From contig OZ024741.1 in the NCBI GenBank assembly GCA_964016885.1, positions 27,590,001 through 27,654,000 of the forward strand: a stretch of 64,000 nucleotides of DNA, read 5' to 3'. The first letter of the stretch is position 1; each line of letters begins with the position of its first letter. Positions 12,861-27,600 of this stretch are shown here, one piece after another. The position numbers and the translations under genes were made by a program. This DNA comes from Eledone cirrhosa. Taxonomy: Eukaryota. The notes under the pieces were generated by a model. The model was given only the letters and a program-made list of their open reading frames with translations, was not told the DNA's origin and made no database searches.

Positions 12861-15566
12861 TGTAACATTTTTCGAAATATTTACTTCTGCAATCAGATTC
12901 ATTATTTTAGTTTCAGAAGATCCCGTTAAGGGTGAAAGCAGCGATTCTTTGCTTAAACTTTAATCTATTTTAATATATATATATAATTATATATTCATGT
13001 ACAGATATTTTGCATACACAATAACAAAATATAAACAAACGTATTTATTTCACGAGGCTCGATAGCAGCAAAAACAACAACAAAAAAGAGAGGGAACGTA
13101 TCATCATCATCATCATCATCATCATCGTTTAACGTCCATCTTCCACGCTAGCATGGATTAGACGGGAGTTGTCCCACTTGAGGCAAGGTTTGTCGGGTGA
13201 CCGTGTCTAGCTCATATAGGACTATCTGGCAGGGTTTCTACAGCTGGATGCCTTTCCTAACACCAACCATATTTGCAGTGTGGACTGGAAACTTTTTACT
13301 GTGTTACCTACACGGCCACATTACAGCGTGGACTGTGTGTTTTTTGTCGTGACACCTACACGATTTCGATCTCATTATCTCATTTATTTGGGCTGGATGT
13401 TGTGGTACCAACTTTACAGAGAGAGGGTGGTGTTGGTGGGAGGATAGGGTAGGGGTAGTGGATTGGGTGTATATTTGGTTAAGAGGTGCCTACTGACTGT
13501 AGGTTTCGCTTTGTACATAGGCAAGGCGGGTCTTCTGTATTACTGCGTAGCGCCAAAGATCTCGGTCCAGTGACATTGTCTTAGAGAGGTGCAAGTGTGT
13601 AAGGTCGGAATTTATCAGATCGTCCCAGGTTTTTCTGGGTCTACCTACTCCGTAACTTCCATCAATTTTGATCGCCCTGCACTTTTTTATACAGCTGTCA
13701 TCTTTCATGCGCATCACGTGACCATACCAACGTAGTCTTTTCTCAAGTAATCCCTAATTTCTCATTTAGTTCATTTATGCTTTGCTGTTCACATATATTT
13801 CACGTATATTACACATCCAACGGAGCATGCATGCTTCGTTCCTTTCATTTTTAGAGAGAAACCTTTTGTGGCCAACAGCAGTATAAGCTCTCTGAACTTT
13901 TTCCATCCCGTTCTGACTCTGGCTACTGTACTTTCAGAGCACCCTCCACCACTGCTGATTTTGTCACCCAGGTAACAGAAAGTTTCCACTAATTCTATAC
14001 AACCATCTGGGCAATAGAAGGAGCTACTATCTTGTGGGCACTTGCTACCTATTGCACCTGAGCATCGGCCACATATAAAATCTATGTTCTTAGATAGTTT
14101 ACCTGTGATCCCACTACATCTTTTATGTACCCATAGTTTGCAATTGGAACATAAAATGGAATTTCTACCTACTCCTTTCCTACACACTGAGCATGGCCAT
14201 TTCCCTGAGGGCACCTGTGCCCTATTTTCCTTTCTACATACTAGAACTTTAGTCTTAGACAAGTTAACTTTAAGGCCTTTTCATTCTAAGCCATGTTTGG
14301 AATTTCTTCTCTAGTTCAGCCAAAGATTCAGCTATGAGAGTTAGATCATCTGCGTATAGAAGTTCCTATGGGCAGCTGGTCTTAAACTCCTCTGTTATAG
14401 CCTGAAGGGCAATAATAAATAGAGGGGGCTAAGGACAGAGTCTTGATGAACACAAACTTTTACACTAAATTCTTCACTATATTCATTGTTAATTCTAACC
14501 TTACTGACTGTTTCTTTATACAAATTACATGCTTTTGAAAAATCTTAATGGAAAATTATTTGCCTATTCACCCAAGGCGACTTCACTTTTTATTAGGACT
14601 TCTGCGTCAATTGGTGAACATATGACGAAACTGTTTCAGAAAAGAGGGATAAACATGCCAATCTATGTTTAGAATCTCGAGCAACGCCGGGCCATTCTGC
14701 TAGTAGATATATATATATATATGCTCGGAGGAAACATTACAAATGCTGTTTACAAAGTACTTACCTCACCCTCAAACCCCTCATGACCCGGGTGGGTAGA
14801 CAATGGCTGTAACATCCTTCTTTTCCCCACTTACCGACCAAGATAGGGGAAACCCCAGCATACATAGGTAGATGTACTTCTTTTCTTTTTCTTTTCTTCT
14901 TCCCTTGATCTCTTCTTATCACTTCCTTCCACTCCTTCTCTTCTTCCTTTTCCCTCTTTCACCTACCCCAAGGCAGCCCATCAGGCTTCTGTAGCCTCAA
15001 TACCCCCACCCCAGTAAGTTATATATAGCATTGGCCAAAAACGCAATACCAGCTAAAAATATAGCAACTGCTTTAGACTCTAGAGATTTTTTTATTATTT
15101 TTACTATTTAATTTTTTTTTTTTTTTTTTTTTTTTATTTATTATCTTTTAATCTCAATTTATTAACAATTTCTATAATGTTCCACTCTCTGTATCCTTTT
15201 TCACCTGTTTCCTAACTAGCCTAATTTCATACACAGTCCTTAGAATTTGCTGTATAGAATTCACTTTCAATGCTTGACCGGCTCCACCCACTCCCTCATT
15301 GTTCTACAGGCAAGTTCAGCCACCCCCACCCCCCCACCCCACCCCCCACCCATTGCCATGAAAGATTTAATTGTGTTTACAAGACATTTTGACCAATCCT
15401 TTTGACAACTATAATCTTCCCATATAAGGAATTACCCCTTGAAAAGTTCGGCTATTTATTACCACGCTAAAATTCTAATTTAGTCCAGAAATAGCCGTCG
15501 AAACGGCTTGAGCTCTGCCGTCGGAGTTAACCATTTTCCGATATATATAATATATATATATGTATA

Positions 15567-15609
<43 letters not shown>

Positions 15610-15618
15610 CGGTGATGA

Positions 15619-15677
<59 letters not shown>

Positions 15678-18600
15678 GAAAGAGTTGTGGTAAGGAACCA
15701 GATGGACCATAACGCACCAGAGTACTCAATACTTAGGGTAGTAGAGTGGGTAATAGGAAAACGTATGACCCCGACAGCAGAGCTCAAGCCATTTCGGCGG
15801 CTATTTCTGGACTAAATTAGAATTTTTAGCGTGGTAATAAATAGCCAAACTTTTCAAGGGTAATTCCTTATATGGGAAGATTATAGTTGTCAAAAGGATT
15901 GAGCTCTGCCGTCGGGGTCATACATTTTCCTATATTTAAATGTAATCTGAGTTTTTCAAATATTAATAATAATATTCGATTCGTTTGCAATTATGCAAAC
16001 AAGCCTCAATTTTATAGCAGTTCTGTTCACATGCCAACACAAGAGCAAGAATGAAGTGTTCATTCTACTGACAAGGCTATAAAATTGAGGCTTATTTGCA
16101 TAATTGCAAACGAATCGAATATTATTATTAATATTCGAAAAACTCAGATTACATTTATTCTATTCAGCCATGTAGAGCGAAATTTTATATTTATTTGAAT
16201 TTGGCAAAGCCACCCATTTATCGCCAAAAAGCACCCAGCACTCACTGTCACGCCAAAAAGCACCCAGCACTCACTGTAAATGAGGTTGGTGTTAGGAAGG
16301 GCATCCAGCTGTAGAAATCAAGCCAGAATCAGTTCCCGTCCCACCCTTGCAAGCAGGGAAAAGTGGATGTAAAATGATGATGATGATGATGATGATGATG
16401 ATACAGGAAACTGACTGGCCAGTCTGTTGATATGCAAATCTGGCTGATCGGTGGATCTGCTAATATGCAGATCTGACTGATCAGCTAGTCTGCTAATATG
16501 CAAATCAGGCCGATCAGTCACTGTGTATTTTTGAAAATAGCATATATTTTCACTAGCTCTGACAGTTTGGCAGGTGAACAGTGAGCTGTACTGATGAAGG
16601 GTGATACCCAGAAACATTAGTGTCTGCAGTTCTGTTCGCATGCCAACATAAGAGCAAGAATGAAGTGTTCATTCTACTGACATGGCTATAAAATTGAGGC
16701 TTGTTTATATAATTGCAAACGAATCAAATATTATTATTAATATTCGAAAAACTCAGATTACATTTATTGTATTCAGCCATGAAGAGCAACATTTTCTTTT
16801 ATATATATATATATATATCACATAAGAAACGGAGAATCAGTGGTGCGACAAACAAGATTTATTAGACATATTACAATCGTTTCTCTGGCAACCAGATCGA
16901 GGCACGATCAACGCAATGATCAAACCTGACTCTGAAATCGCAAGATCCTCAGATATGTCTCGATTCTATGAAGCAGAGTTTCCAAATCATATATATATAT
17001 AGGAAAAGAGTCAGGATCCCGACGGGTGAGCTCCAGCCACCTCAACAGCTAGATCAGTTCTTAATTAGTTGATTGTTTTATGATTGTTTCAGGGGGTTGA
17101 TTGATATCAGCCTCACCATAAACAAATGGATACCAGTAAATGTACATTTGAGGAAGATTTCATTGCTATTTCTATCAAGTCATGGTACTGTGTAGAGCTC
17201 TCTCTCTCTCCCTCCCTCAGTCTCTCTTTCTCCCGCAATCACTCTCTCTCTCTCATTCTCTCTCCCTTCCTCTCACTCTCACTCCCTCTCTCTACCTCTT
17301 TCACTCTCTCTCACTTTCTCTCTCCCTCTCTCTGATACAGTCTTAAAGCTATGAAAGGGTTAAGACATTCAGGTAAATGTTCTCCTTACCTTAACTTGTT
17401 TTGAATCACTGTCGTTCTGTCTTCCTTTCCACAAAACTAAAACATTAATAAAACCACAACAAAATGTGAGACTTTTTTTTAAAACTTCTAAACAAAAGTT
17501 TAGTCAGGCTGCCAAATAAAGTTCTTGTTTAACCCTTTCATGACTATATTTCTAACAAAATACATTTTATATATATATCATCATCATCATCATCATTTAA
17601 TGTCTATCTTCCACGCTAGCATGGGTTAGACGGGTTTGTCCCATTTGAGGCAAGTTGGGTCGGGTGACCATGTCCTGCTCATATAGAACTATTTCTGACC
17701 AGATTTCTACAGCTGGATGCCCTTACTAACGCCAACCACATTTACAGTGTATGCTGGGTGCTTTTTGTCATGTCTCCTACACAAACACTATACAGTTAGG
17801 GGTGGTATACAGGTGTGGGGGTATGTACGGAAGTCGGTATAGTGGATTAAGAGGTACCTACTAGGTGTGTTTGATGTATATATATAAATATACAAGTATG
17901 TTAATGACAAGCACCCAGTTCACACTGTAAAGTGGTCATGTAGGTGTCATGATAAAAAGTAACCAGTCCACACTGTAAAGTGGTCATGTAGGTGTCATGA
18001 TAAAAAGTACCCAGTCCACACTGTAAAGTGGTCATGTAGGTGTCATGATAAAAAGCATCCAGTCCACACTGTAAAGTGGTCATGTAGGTGTCATGATAAA
18101 AAGCATCCAGTCCACACTGTAAAGTGGTCATGTAGGTGTCATGATAAAAAGTAACCAGTCCACACTGTAAAGTGGTCATGTAGGTGACACGACAAAAAGC
18201 ATCCAGTCCACACTATATACTGTAAAGTGGTCATGTAGGTGACACGACAAAAAGCATCCAGTCCACACTATATACTGTAAAGTGGTCATGTAGGTGACAC
18301 GACAAAAAGCATCCAGTCCACACTATATACTGTAAAGTGGTCATGTAGGTGACACGACAAAAAGCATCCAGTCCACACTATATACTGTAAAGTGGTCATG
18401 TAGGTGACACGACAAAAAGCATCCAGTCCACACTATATACTGTAAAGTGGTCATGTAGGTGACACGATAAAAAATATCCAGTCCACACTATATACTGTAA
18501 AGTGGTCATGTAGGTGACACGACAAAAAGCATCCAGTCCACACTATATACTGTAAAGTGGTCATGTAGGTGACACGACAAAAAGCATCCAGTCCACACTA

Positions 18601-21600
18601 TATACTGTAAAGTGGTCATGTAGGTGACACGATAAAAAATATCCAGTCCACACTATATACTGTAAAGTGGTCATGTAGGTGACACGATAAAAAATATCCA
18701 GTCCACACTATATAATGGTCATAAAAGTGTCACAGCAAAAAGCACCCAGTTCTACACTGTAAAGTGGTTGGCGTTAGGAAGGGCATCCAGCCATAGGAAC
18801 CAAGCCAGAAACAGTTCTGTTCGAGCAAGACATGGTCATCTTATCTGGCTTGTCTCACAGTGGGACAACTTGTCTAACCCATCCTAGTGTAGAAAAATGG
18901 ACATTAAACAACGATGGTGATGATGATGTTAGTTTATTTTATGGTGCTACAATGAAAGTTTCCCTATTATATGGTGAAAAACATATAAACCCCCTAGAGA
19001 TGGAAAAAAGTGGACGGAGTCACCTGTGGGGATTGAACTCACATTTGCTGCACACCGGATATCTGTGTTACCATTACACTACATTGCAGTAGTTTACAAT
19101 ATGTTTTGTTTGGTGGTTCACATTTTGCACCTAGCAGCCACTCAGCATACAACAATTAATATATCAGGGATAATTTTAGTTAAAAATGTCTGATATTTTA
19201 CATGAGAAAATAAATATAATATAACTGGCACTCTGTTGGTCTCGACCTACGGAACAGCTTGCTAGTGAAATTAACATGCAAGTGGCTGAGCACTCCACAA
19301 GACACACACACACCCCTAATGTAGTTCTCAGGGAGATTCAGCATGACACAGAATGTGACAAGGCTGGCCCTTTGAACTACAGGCACAACTCATTTGCAAG
19401 CTGAGTGCACTTGAGCAACATGAAATAAAGTCCAAGGACACAACACGCCACCGGGAATCGAACTCACAATCTTACAATTATAAGCTGAATACTCTAATCA
19501 CAAAGCCATGCACCTTCACAAATATAATACTATAGATGTTCCTTACCATTTTTTATATTCATGATATGCAGTTGATTAGCTTTCTGATTTAGAACTTTAC
19601 AAACAGCATGGACTGTATTCATTTGAGCTGGAAACTGATAGCCATTGTATTCTATTTCCTTTGAGAAACAGTTTCAAAAGAGAAAATATAAGAAAAAAAA
19701 TATATCTTTTAGAAAAACAGCTCATGAAAGCTTTCATTTGGTCATAATAAGTATTTGATACCGAGACAAAAGACCAAATATTTACAAAATGAGTAAAATG
19801 AGATTGAGTGATGTTCATGCATTCCTTGAAGATATATATGGTGATGTTGGTGTTTTTAGTAAGGTTAAGATTGTTGCTTAATCTCAGCTCAACCTTGTTT
19901 CAGCAAACCCATGATCAAAAAGATGTTACAGCAAAAACAATCTCATATTTTTTTGTCAGACCTAGTGCATCTAGGACTACATTATCCACTATTTCCTTTA
20001 AAAAAATACTGTAAGATGTGAAAAGAGTGAAATTTGGCAGCTATTTCTATAACCATGTCTTTCATTTATGTTTTTATTTCTGATATCAACTTCTTCAATA
20101 AAATGGAACTACTCACTTGCGGGGGTGATTCTGGAGATTTTTCAGATTTGTTCTTTTTGATTCTCAGTCGACCAAGCGGAGCAACGTTATGAGGATCAAG
20201 AATGGCTGGGTTTTTTTCATTAAACTTCTTCAATGCATTCTCCCTGTGAAATTAAATAATAATTGTATATATATGATTATATACATATAGTGCAGGTGAT
20301 CTACACAATAAAAGCACCCAGTACACACTATAAAATAATTGGCGTTCAGAATGGCATCCAATCATAGAAAACTTGCCAAAGGGTTAGAAGGATCCTTCAG
20401 TTGTGTCAAAAGACATAACAACTTTTCCTCTCCACTTGATATGACCATATATAAGCAGCATACAGACCATCCTGGCCTGTCTGGGAGGTCAGTAGCCTCG
20501 CTTCAGTACTGACTTGGTCTAAGTAGACCCATCTAACCCTTGCTAGCAGGAAAAGTGGACGTTAAATCAACAACGATGATGATCGTATATATATCACCAT
20601 ACTCACCATCCTTTTACAATATATTAGGTTGGACAGAAAATTCTCGCTGTTTTTCAAATTGTTATTGACTTTGGTGTTTTTTAACACATTGAAGATTTTA
20701 CAAGTCAAAAATAATCGCCATCATTTGCGATTACTATCTGCCATCATTTAAGAAGTCACATGATATACATATATATTATCTTCATCATTTTACATTCACT
20801 TTTTATGCTGGCATGTGTTTGATTGGTAGCCATGGGCCAAGACAAGATGGGTCGCATCAGTCTTTTTTCACTCATACATTAGCGTGGAAAATGGACTTTA
20901 AATGATGATGATGATTCCATATTTGACATGGTTTCTACAGTTGGATGCCCTTCCTAACACCAACCACCATACAGAATGGGCACTCCTACTTTATGGAGTG
21001 GGCTAGGTGAATTTTGTTATGGTACCAGCATTACCTCTTTATAGAATGTACAAGGTACATATTATTGAGGTACCAGCACTACCACTTTAAAGAATGTACA
21101 AGGTACATATTGTGGTACCAACAGTACCACTTTATAGAATGTACAAGGTACATATTATTGAGGTACCAGCACTACCACTTTAAAGAATGTACAAGGTACA
21201 TATTGTGGTACCAACAGTACCACTTTATAGAATGTACAAGGTACATATTATTGAGGTACCAGCACTACCACTTTAAAGAATGTACAAGGTACATATTGTG
21301 GTACCAACAGTACCACTTTATAGAATGTACAAGGTACATATTATTGAGGTACCAGCACTACCACTTTAAAGAATGTACAAGGTACATATTGTGGTACCAA
21401 CACTACCACTTTATAGAATGTACAAGGTACATATTATTGTGGTACCAGCACTACCACTTTATAGAACGTACAAGGTACATATTGTGGTACCAACACTACC
21501 ACTTTATAGAATGTACAAGGTACATATTATTGTGGTACCAGCACTACCACTTTATAGAACGTACAAGGTACATATTGTGGTACCAACACTACCACTTTAT

Positions 21601-24600
21601 AGAATGTACAAGGTACATATTATTGTGGTACCAGCACTACCACTTTATAGAATGTACAAGGTACATATTATTGTGGTACCAGCACTACCACTTCATAGAA
21701 TGTACAAGGTACATATTATTGTGGTACCAACACTACCACTTTATAGAATGTACAAGGTACATATTATTGAGGTACCAGCACTACCACTTTATAGAATGTA
21801 CAAGGTACATATTATTATGGTACCAGCACTACCACTTTATAGAATGTACAAGGTACATATTATTGTGGTACCAGCACTACCACTTTATAGAATGTACAAG
21901 GTACATATTATTGAGGTACCAGCATTACCACTTTATAGAATGTACAAGGTACATATTATTGTGGTACCAGCATTACCACTTCATAGAATGTACAAGGTAC
22001 ATATTATTGTGGTACCAGCACTACCACTTTATAGAACGTATGAGGTACATATTATTGTGGTACCAGCACTACCACTTTATAGAATGTACAAGGTACATAT
22101 TATTGTGGTACCAGCACTACCACTTTATAGAACGTACAAGGTACATATTGTGGTACCAGCACTACCACTTTATAGAACGTATGAGGTACATATTATTGTG
22201 GTACCAGCACTACCACTTCATAGAATGTACAAGGTACATATTATTGTGGTACCAGCACTACCACTTTATAGAACGTATGAGGTACATATTATTGTGGTAC
22301 CAGCACTACCACTTCATAGAATGTACAAGGTACATATTATTGTGGTACCAGCACTACCACTTTATAGAACGTATGAGGTACATATTATTGTGGTACCAGC
22401 ACTACCACTTTATAGAATGTACAAGGTACATATTATTGAGGTACCAGCACTACCACTTTATAGAATGTACAAGGTACATATTATTATGGTACCAGCACTA
22501 CCACTTTATAGAATGTACAAGGTACATATTATTGTGGTACCAGCACTACCACTTTATAGAATGAACAAGGTACATATTATTGTGGTACCAGCACTACCAC
22601 TTTATAGAATGTACAAGGTACATATTATTGAGATACCAGCACTACCACTTTATAGAATGTACAAGGTACATATTATTGAGATACCAGCACTACCACTTTA
22701 TAGAACGTACAAGGTACATATTGTGGTACCAGCACTACCACTTTATAGAATGTACAAGGTACATATTATTGTGGTACCAGCACTACCACTTTATAGAATG
22801 TACAAGGTACATATTATTGTGGTACCAGCACTACCACTTTATAGAACATACAAGGTACATATTATTGTGGTACCAGCATTACCACTTTATAGAATGTACA
22901 AGGTACATATTATTGTGGTACCAGCACTACCACTTTATAGAATGTACAAGGTACATATTGTGGTACCAGCACTACCACTTTATAGAATGTACAAGGTACA
23001 TATTATTGTGGTACCAGCATTACCACTTTATAGAATGTACAAGGTACATATTGTGGTACCAGCACTACCACTTTATAGAATGAACAAGGTACATATTATT
23101 GTGGTACCAGCACTACCACTTTATAGAATGTACAAGGTACATATTATTGAGATAACAGCACTACCACTTTATAGAATGTACAAGGTACATATTATTGTGG
23201 TACCAGCATTACCACTTTATAGAATGTACAAGGTACATATTATAGTGGTACCAGCACTACCACTTTATAGAATGTACAAGGTACATATTATTGTGGTACC
23301 AGCATTACCACTTTATAGAATGTACAAGCTACATATTATAGTGGTACCAGCATTACCACTTTATAGAATGTACAAGGTACATATTATTGTGGTAGCAGCA
23401 CTACCACTTTATAGAACGTACAAGGTACATATTATTGTGGTACCAGCACTACCACTTTATAGAATGTACAAGGTACATATTATTGTGGTACCAGCACTAA
23501 CACTTTATAGAATGTACAAGGTCCATATTATTGTGGTACCAGCACTACCACTTTATAGAACGTACAAGGTACATATTATTGTGGTACCAGCACTACCACT
23601 TTATAGAATGTACAAGGTACATATTATTGTGGTGCCAGCACTACCACTTTACAGAACATACAAGGTACATATTATTGTGGTATCAGCACTACCACTTTAT
23701 AGAATGTACAAGGTACATATTATTGTGGTACCAGCACTACCACTTTATAGAATGTACAAGGTACATATTATTGTGGTACCAGCATTACCACTTCATGGAA
23801 TGTACAAGGTACATATTATTGAGGTACCAGCACTACCACTTTATAGAATGTACAAGGTACATATTATTGTGGTACCAGCACTACCACTTTATAGAATGTA
23901 CAAGGTACATATTATTGTGGTACTAGCACTATCTATTTATAGAATGTACAAGGTACATATTATTGAGGTACCAGCACTACCACTTTATAGAATGTACAAG
24001 GTACATATTATTGTGGTACCAGCACTACCACTTTATAGAATGTACAAGGTACATATTCTTGTGGTACCAGCACTACCACTTTATTGAATGTACAAGGTAC
24101 ATATTATTGTGGTACCAACACTACCACTTTATAGAATGCACAAGGTACATATTATTGAGGTACCAGCATTACCACTTTATAGAATGTACAAGGTACAAAT
24201 TTTTGTGGTACCAGCACTACCACTTTATAGAATGCACAAGGTACATATTATTGAGGTATCAGCATTACCACTTTATAGAATGCACAAGGTACATATTATT
24301 GAGGTACCAGCATTACCACTTTATAGAATGTACAAGGTACATATTATTGTGGTACCAGCACTACCACTTTATAGAATGTAGAAGGTACATATTATTGTGG
24401 TACCAGCACTACCACTTTATAGAATGTAGAAGGTACATTTTATTGTGGTACCAGCACTACCACTTTATAGAATGTACAAGGTACATATTATTGTGGTACA
24501 AGCACTACCACTTTATAGAACGTACAAGGTCCATATTATTGTGGTACAAGCACTACCATTTTATAGAACGTACAAGGTCCATATTATTGTGGTACCAGCA

Positions 24601-27600
24601 CTACCACTTTATAGAACGTACAAGATACATATTATTGTGGTACCAGCACTACCACTTTATAGAACGTACAAGGTACATATTATTGTGGTGCCAGCACTAC
24701 CACTTTATAGACCATACAAGGTACATATTATTGTGGTATCAGCACTACCACTTTATAGAATGTACAAGGTACATATTATTGTGGTACCAGCACTACCATT
24801 TTATAGAATGTACAAGGTACATATTATTGTGGTACTACCACTACCAATTTATAGAATGTACAAGGTACATATTATTGTGGTACCAGCATTACCACTTCAT
24901 GGAATGTACAAGGTACATATTATTGAGGTACCAGCACTACCACTTTATAGAATGTACAAGGTACATATTATTGTGGTACCAGCACTACCACTTTATAGAA
25001 TGTACAAGGTACATATTATTGTGGTACCAGCACTACCACTTTATAGAATGTACAAGGTACATATTATTGTGGTACCAGCACTACCACTTTATAGAATGCA
25101 CAAGGTACATATTATTGAGGTACCAGCATTACCACTTCATGGAATGTACAAGGTACATATTATTGAGGTACCAGCATTACCACTTTATAGAATGTACAAG
25201 GTACATATTATTGTGGTACCAGGACTACCACTTTATAGAATGCACAAGGTACATATTATTGAGGTACCAGCATTACCACTTTATAGAATGCACAAGGTAC
25301 ATATTATTGAGGTACCAGCATTACCACTTTATAGAATGTACAAGGTACATATTATTGAGGTACCAGCACTACCACTTTATAGAATGTAGAAGGTACATAT
25401 TATTGTGGTACCAGCACTACCACTTTATAGAATGTAGAAGGTACATTTTATTGTGGTACCAGCACTACCACTTTATAGAATGTACAAGGTACATATTATT
25501 GTGGTACCAGCACTACCATTTTATAGAACGTACAAGGTCCATATTATTGTGGTACCAGCACTACCACTTTATAGAACGTACAAGGTACATATTATTGTGG
25601 TACCAGCACTACCACTTTATAGAACGTACAAGGTACATATTATTGTGGTGCCAGCACTACCACTTTATAGAACATACAAGGTACATATTATTGTGGTATC
25701 AGCACTACCACTTTATAGAATGTATAAGGTACATATTATTGTGGTACCAGCACTACCATTTTATAGAATGTACAAGGTACATATTATTGTGGTACTAGCA
25801 CTACCAATTTATAGAATGTACAAGGTACATATTATTGTGGTACCAGCATTACCACTTCATGGAATGTACAAGGTACATATTATTGAGGTACCAGCACTAC
25901 CACTTTATAGAATGTACAAGGTACATATTATTGTGGTACCAGCACTACCACTTTATAGAATGTACAAGGTACATATTATTGTGGTACCAGCACTACCACT
26001 TTATAGAATGTACAAGGTACATATTATTGAGGTACCAGCACTACCATTTTATAGAATGTACAAGGTACATATCATTGAGGTACTAGCACTACCAATTTAT
26101 AGAATGTACAAGGTACATATTATTGTGGTACCAGCACTACCACTTTATAGAATGCACAAGGTACATATTATTGAGGTACCAGCATTACCACTTTATAGAA
26201 TGTACAAGGTACATATTATTTTGGTACCAGCACTACCACTTTATAGAATGTAGAAGGTACATATTATTGTGGTACCAGCACTACCACTTTATAGAATGTA
26301 CAAGGTACATATTATTTTGGTACCAGCACTACCACTTTATAGAATGTACAAGGTTTTATTTTATCATGGCACCAGCACTAGAGAGGTTGTCATATGTGCA
26401 GCTAGACTGAAGAGTCCTCTATTCTATATAGTCTGTTTTATAACTAACCACATTATCTGAAATATGGTCATTTATGTTGTATCTCACTTATGTATTATCC
26501 CACAGATATGTAGTCTATTGTAGGCAACCATAGTACTATAAGACCTCACAACTATATTGTAGTCAGCTATACCACTGTAAGACCTCACACCTCTATTGTA
26601 GACAGCTATAGCACTGTAAGACCTCACAGCTCAATTAGATGACTTTAATACTGAAATAAACCTTGCTACTCACATTTGAAGTCCAGGAACAGAAGAACCA
26701 GAGAAGATACATATCTTAGGTTTGAAATTGAACTGAGAAATTTTCAACTGTATTTTTATTATTGATGTTTGAAATGTGATTGGTGCAAAGATAACTTTGA
26801 ATGTTACTCGACCATTTTCAGGAACAATTCCTGAAAATTGAAAAGCATATATTAACAATAATAGTTTCTAAACCAATAATTTGAGAGGAGGAAATATTAA
26901 TAATAATGGTTTCTGATAATGATTTCTAATTTGTATTTTTTTAAATTCTTTTAATCACAGTTGTATAAATAACATTAAAGATTGTTCACAATTTGTTCAG
27001 AATGAAAATATAAACACATATAATTGTTTCTACTTTTGGCACAAGGCCAGCAATTACCCAGTACATTACTGATACTTTATTTTATCGACCCCGTAAGGAT
27101 GAAAGGCAAAGTTAACCTCGGCGAGAATTAAACTCAGATAATAAAGGGCCATAACTCTATGCTGCTAAGCATGGTGTTTGACGCTCTAACAATTAACTAT
27201 TGCTAGGAACCTCACAAATATAACTCACCAAAAGATATGATCAAAGCGAGAAAATGAAAAAGAAAAAAAAGGGAAACAAAACAAAAACGACTATCAATTT
27301 ACCACTAAGTGTGACAGTCAGCCATCCCCCACAACAGTCAATGGAAATTGTTGGGTCAAGCCAACAAACTCACAGCATTACCCCCACTAGCACAAAAGCA
27401 GTAATTTTAGAGGAGGAAATAGTTCAATTAAACCCCCCCCCCCCCCCCCAGTATTTCAATGGTACGGGATTTTAATCAACCTTGGAAAGATGAAAGACAA
27501 AGTTGGCTATGGTGCGATTTGAATTAAATATCACAGACCATTTTGTCTGAAGCCCTCTTTCTGGCAACCATCTGTCCTAATAATAAAGCAAAGATATAAC

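Larger units (their letters stand above)
11965..14703 (+). mobile_element. Non-autonomous Helitron with nested insertions
   Basis: 5' A|TC start followed by (tgtc)n; 3' hairpin ctcgagcaacgccggg then CTAG|T; inserted in (TA)n. Confidence 0.7.

Noticed and set aside
15475-15815. IYIYIY / CVCV-type ORFs (also 4484-4776, 37965-38183, 51265-51450)
   Set aside because: Translations of (TA)n and (TG)n microsatellites.
21014-26460. Very long ORFs (904, 611, 516 aa) with [16 protein letters not shown] / [16 protein letters not shown] repeats
   Set aside because: By-product of a 48/45-bp minisatellite (multiples of 3) open in two frames; lies in a CFAP221 intron; stops accumulate at random.
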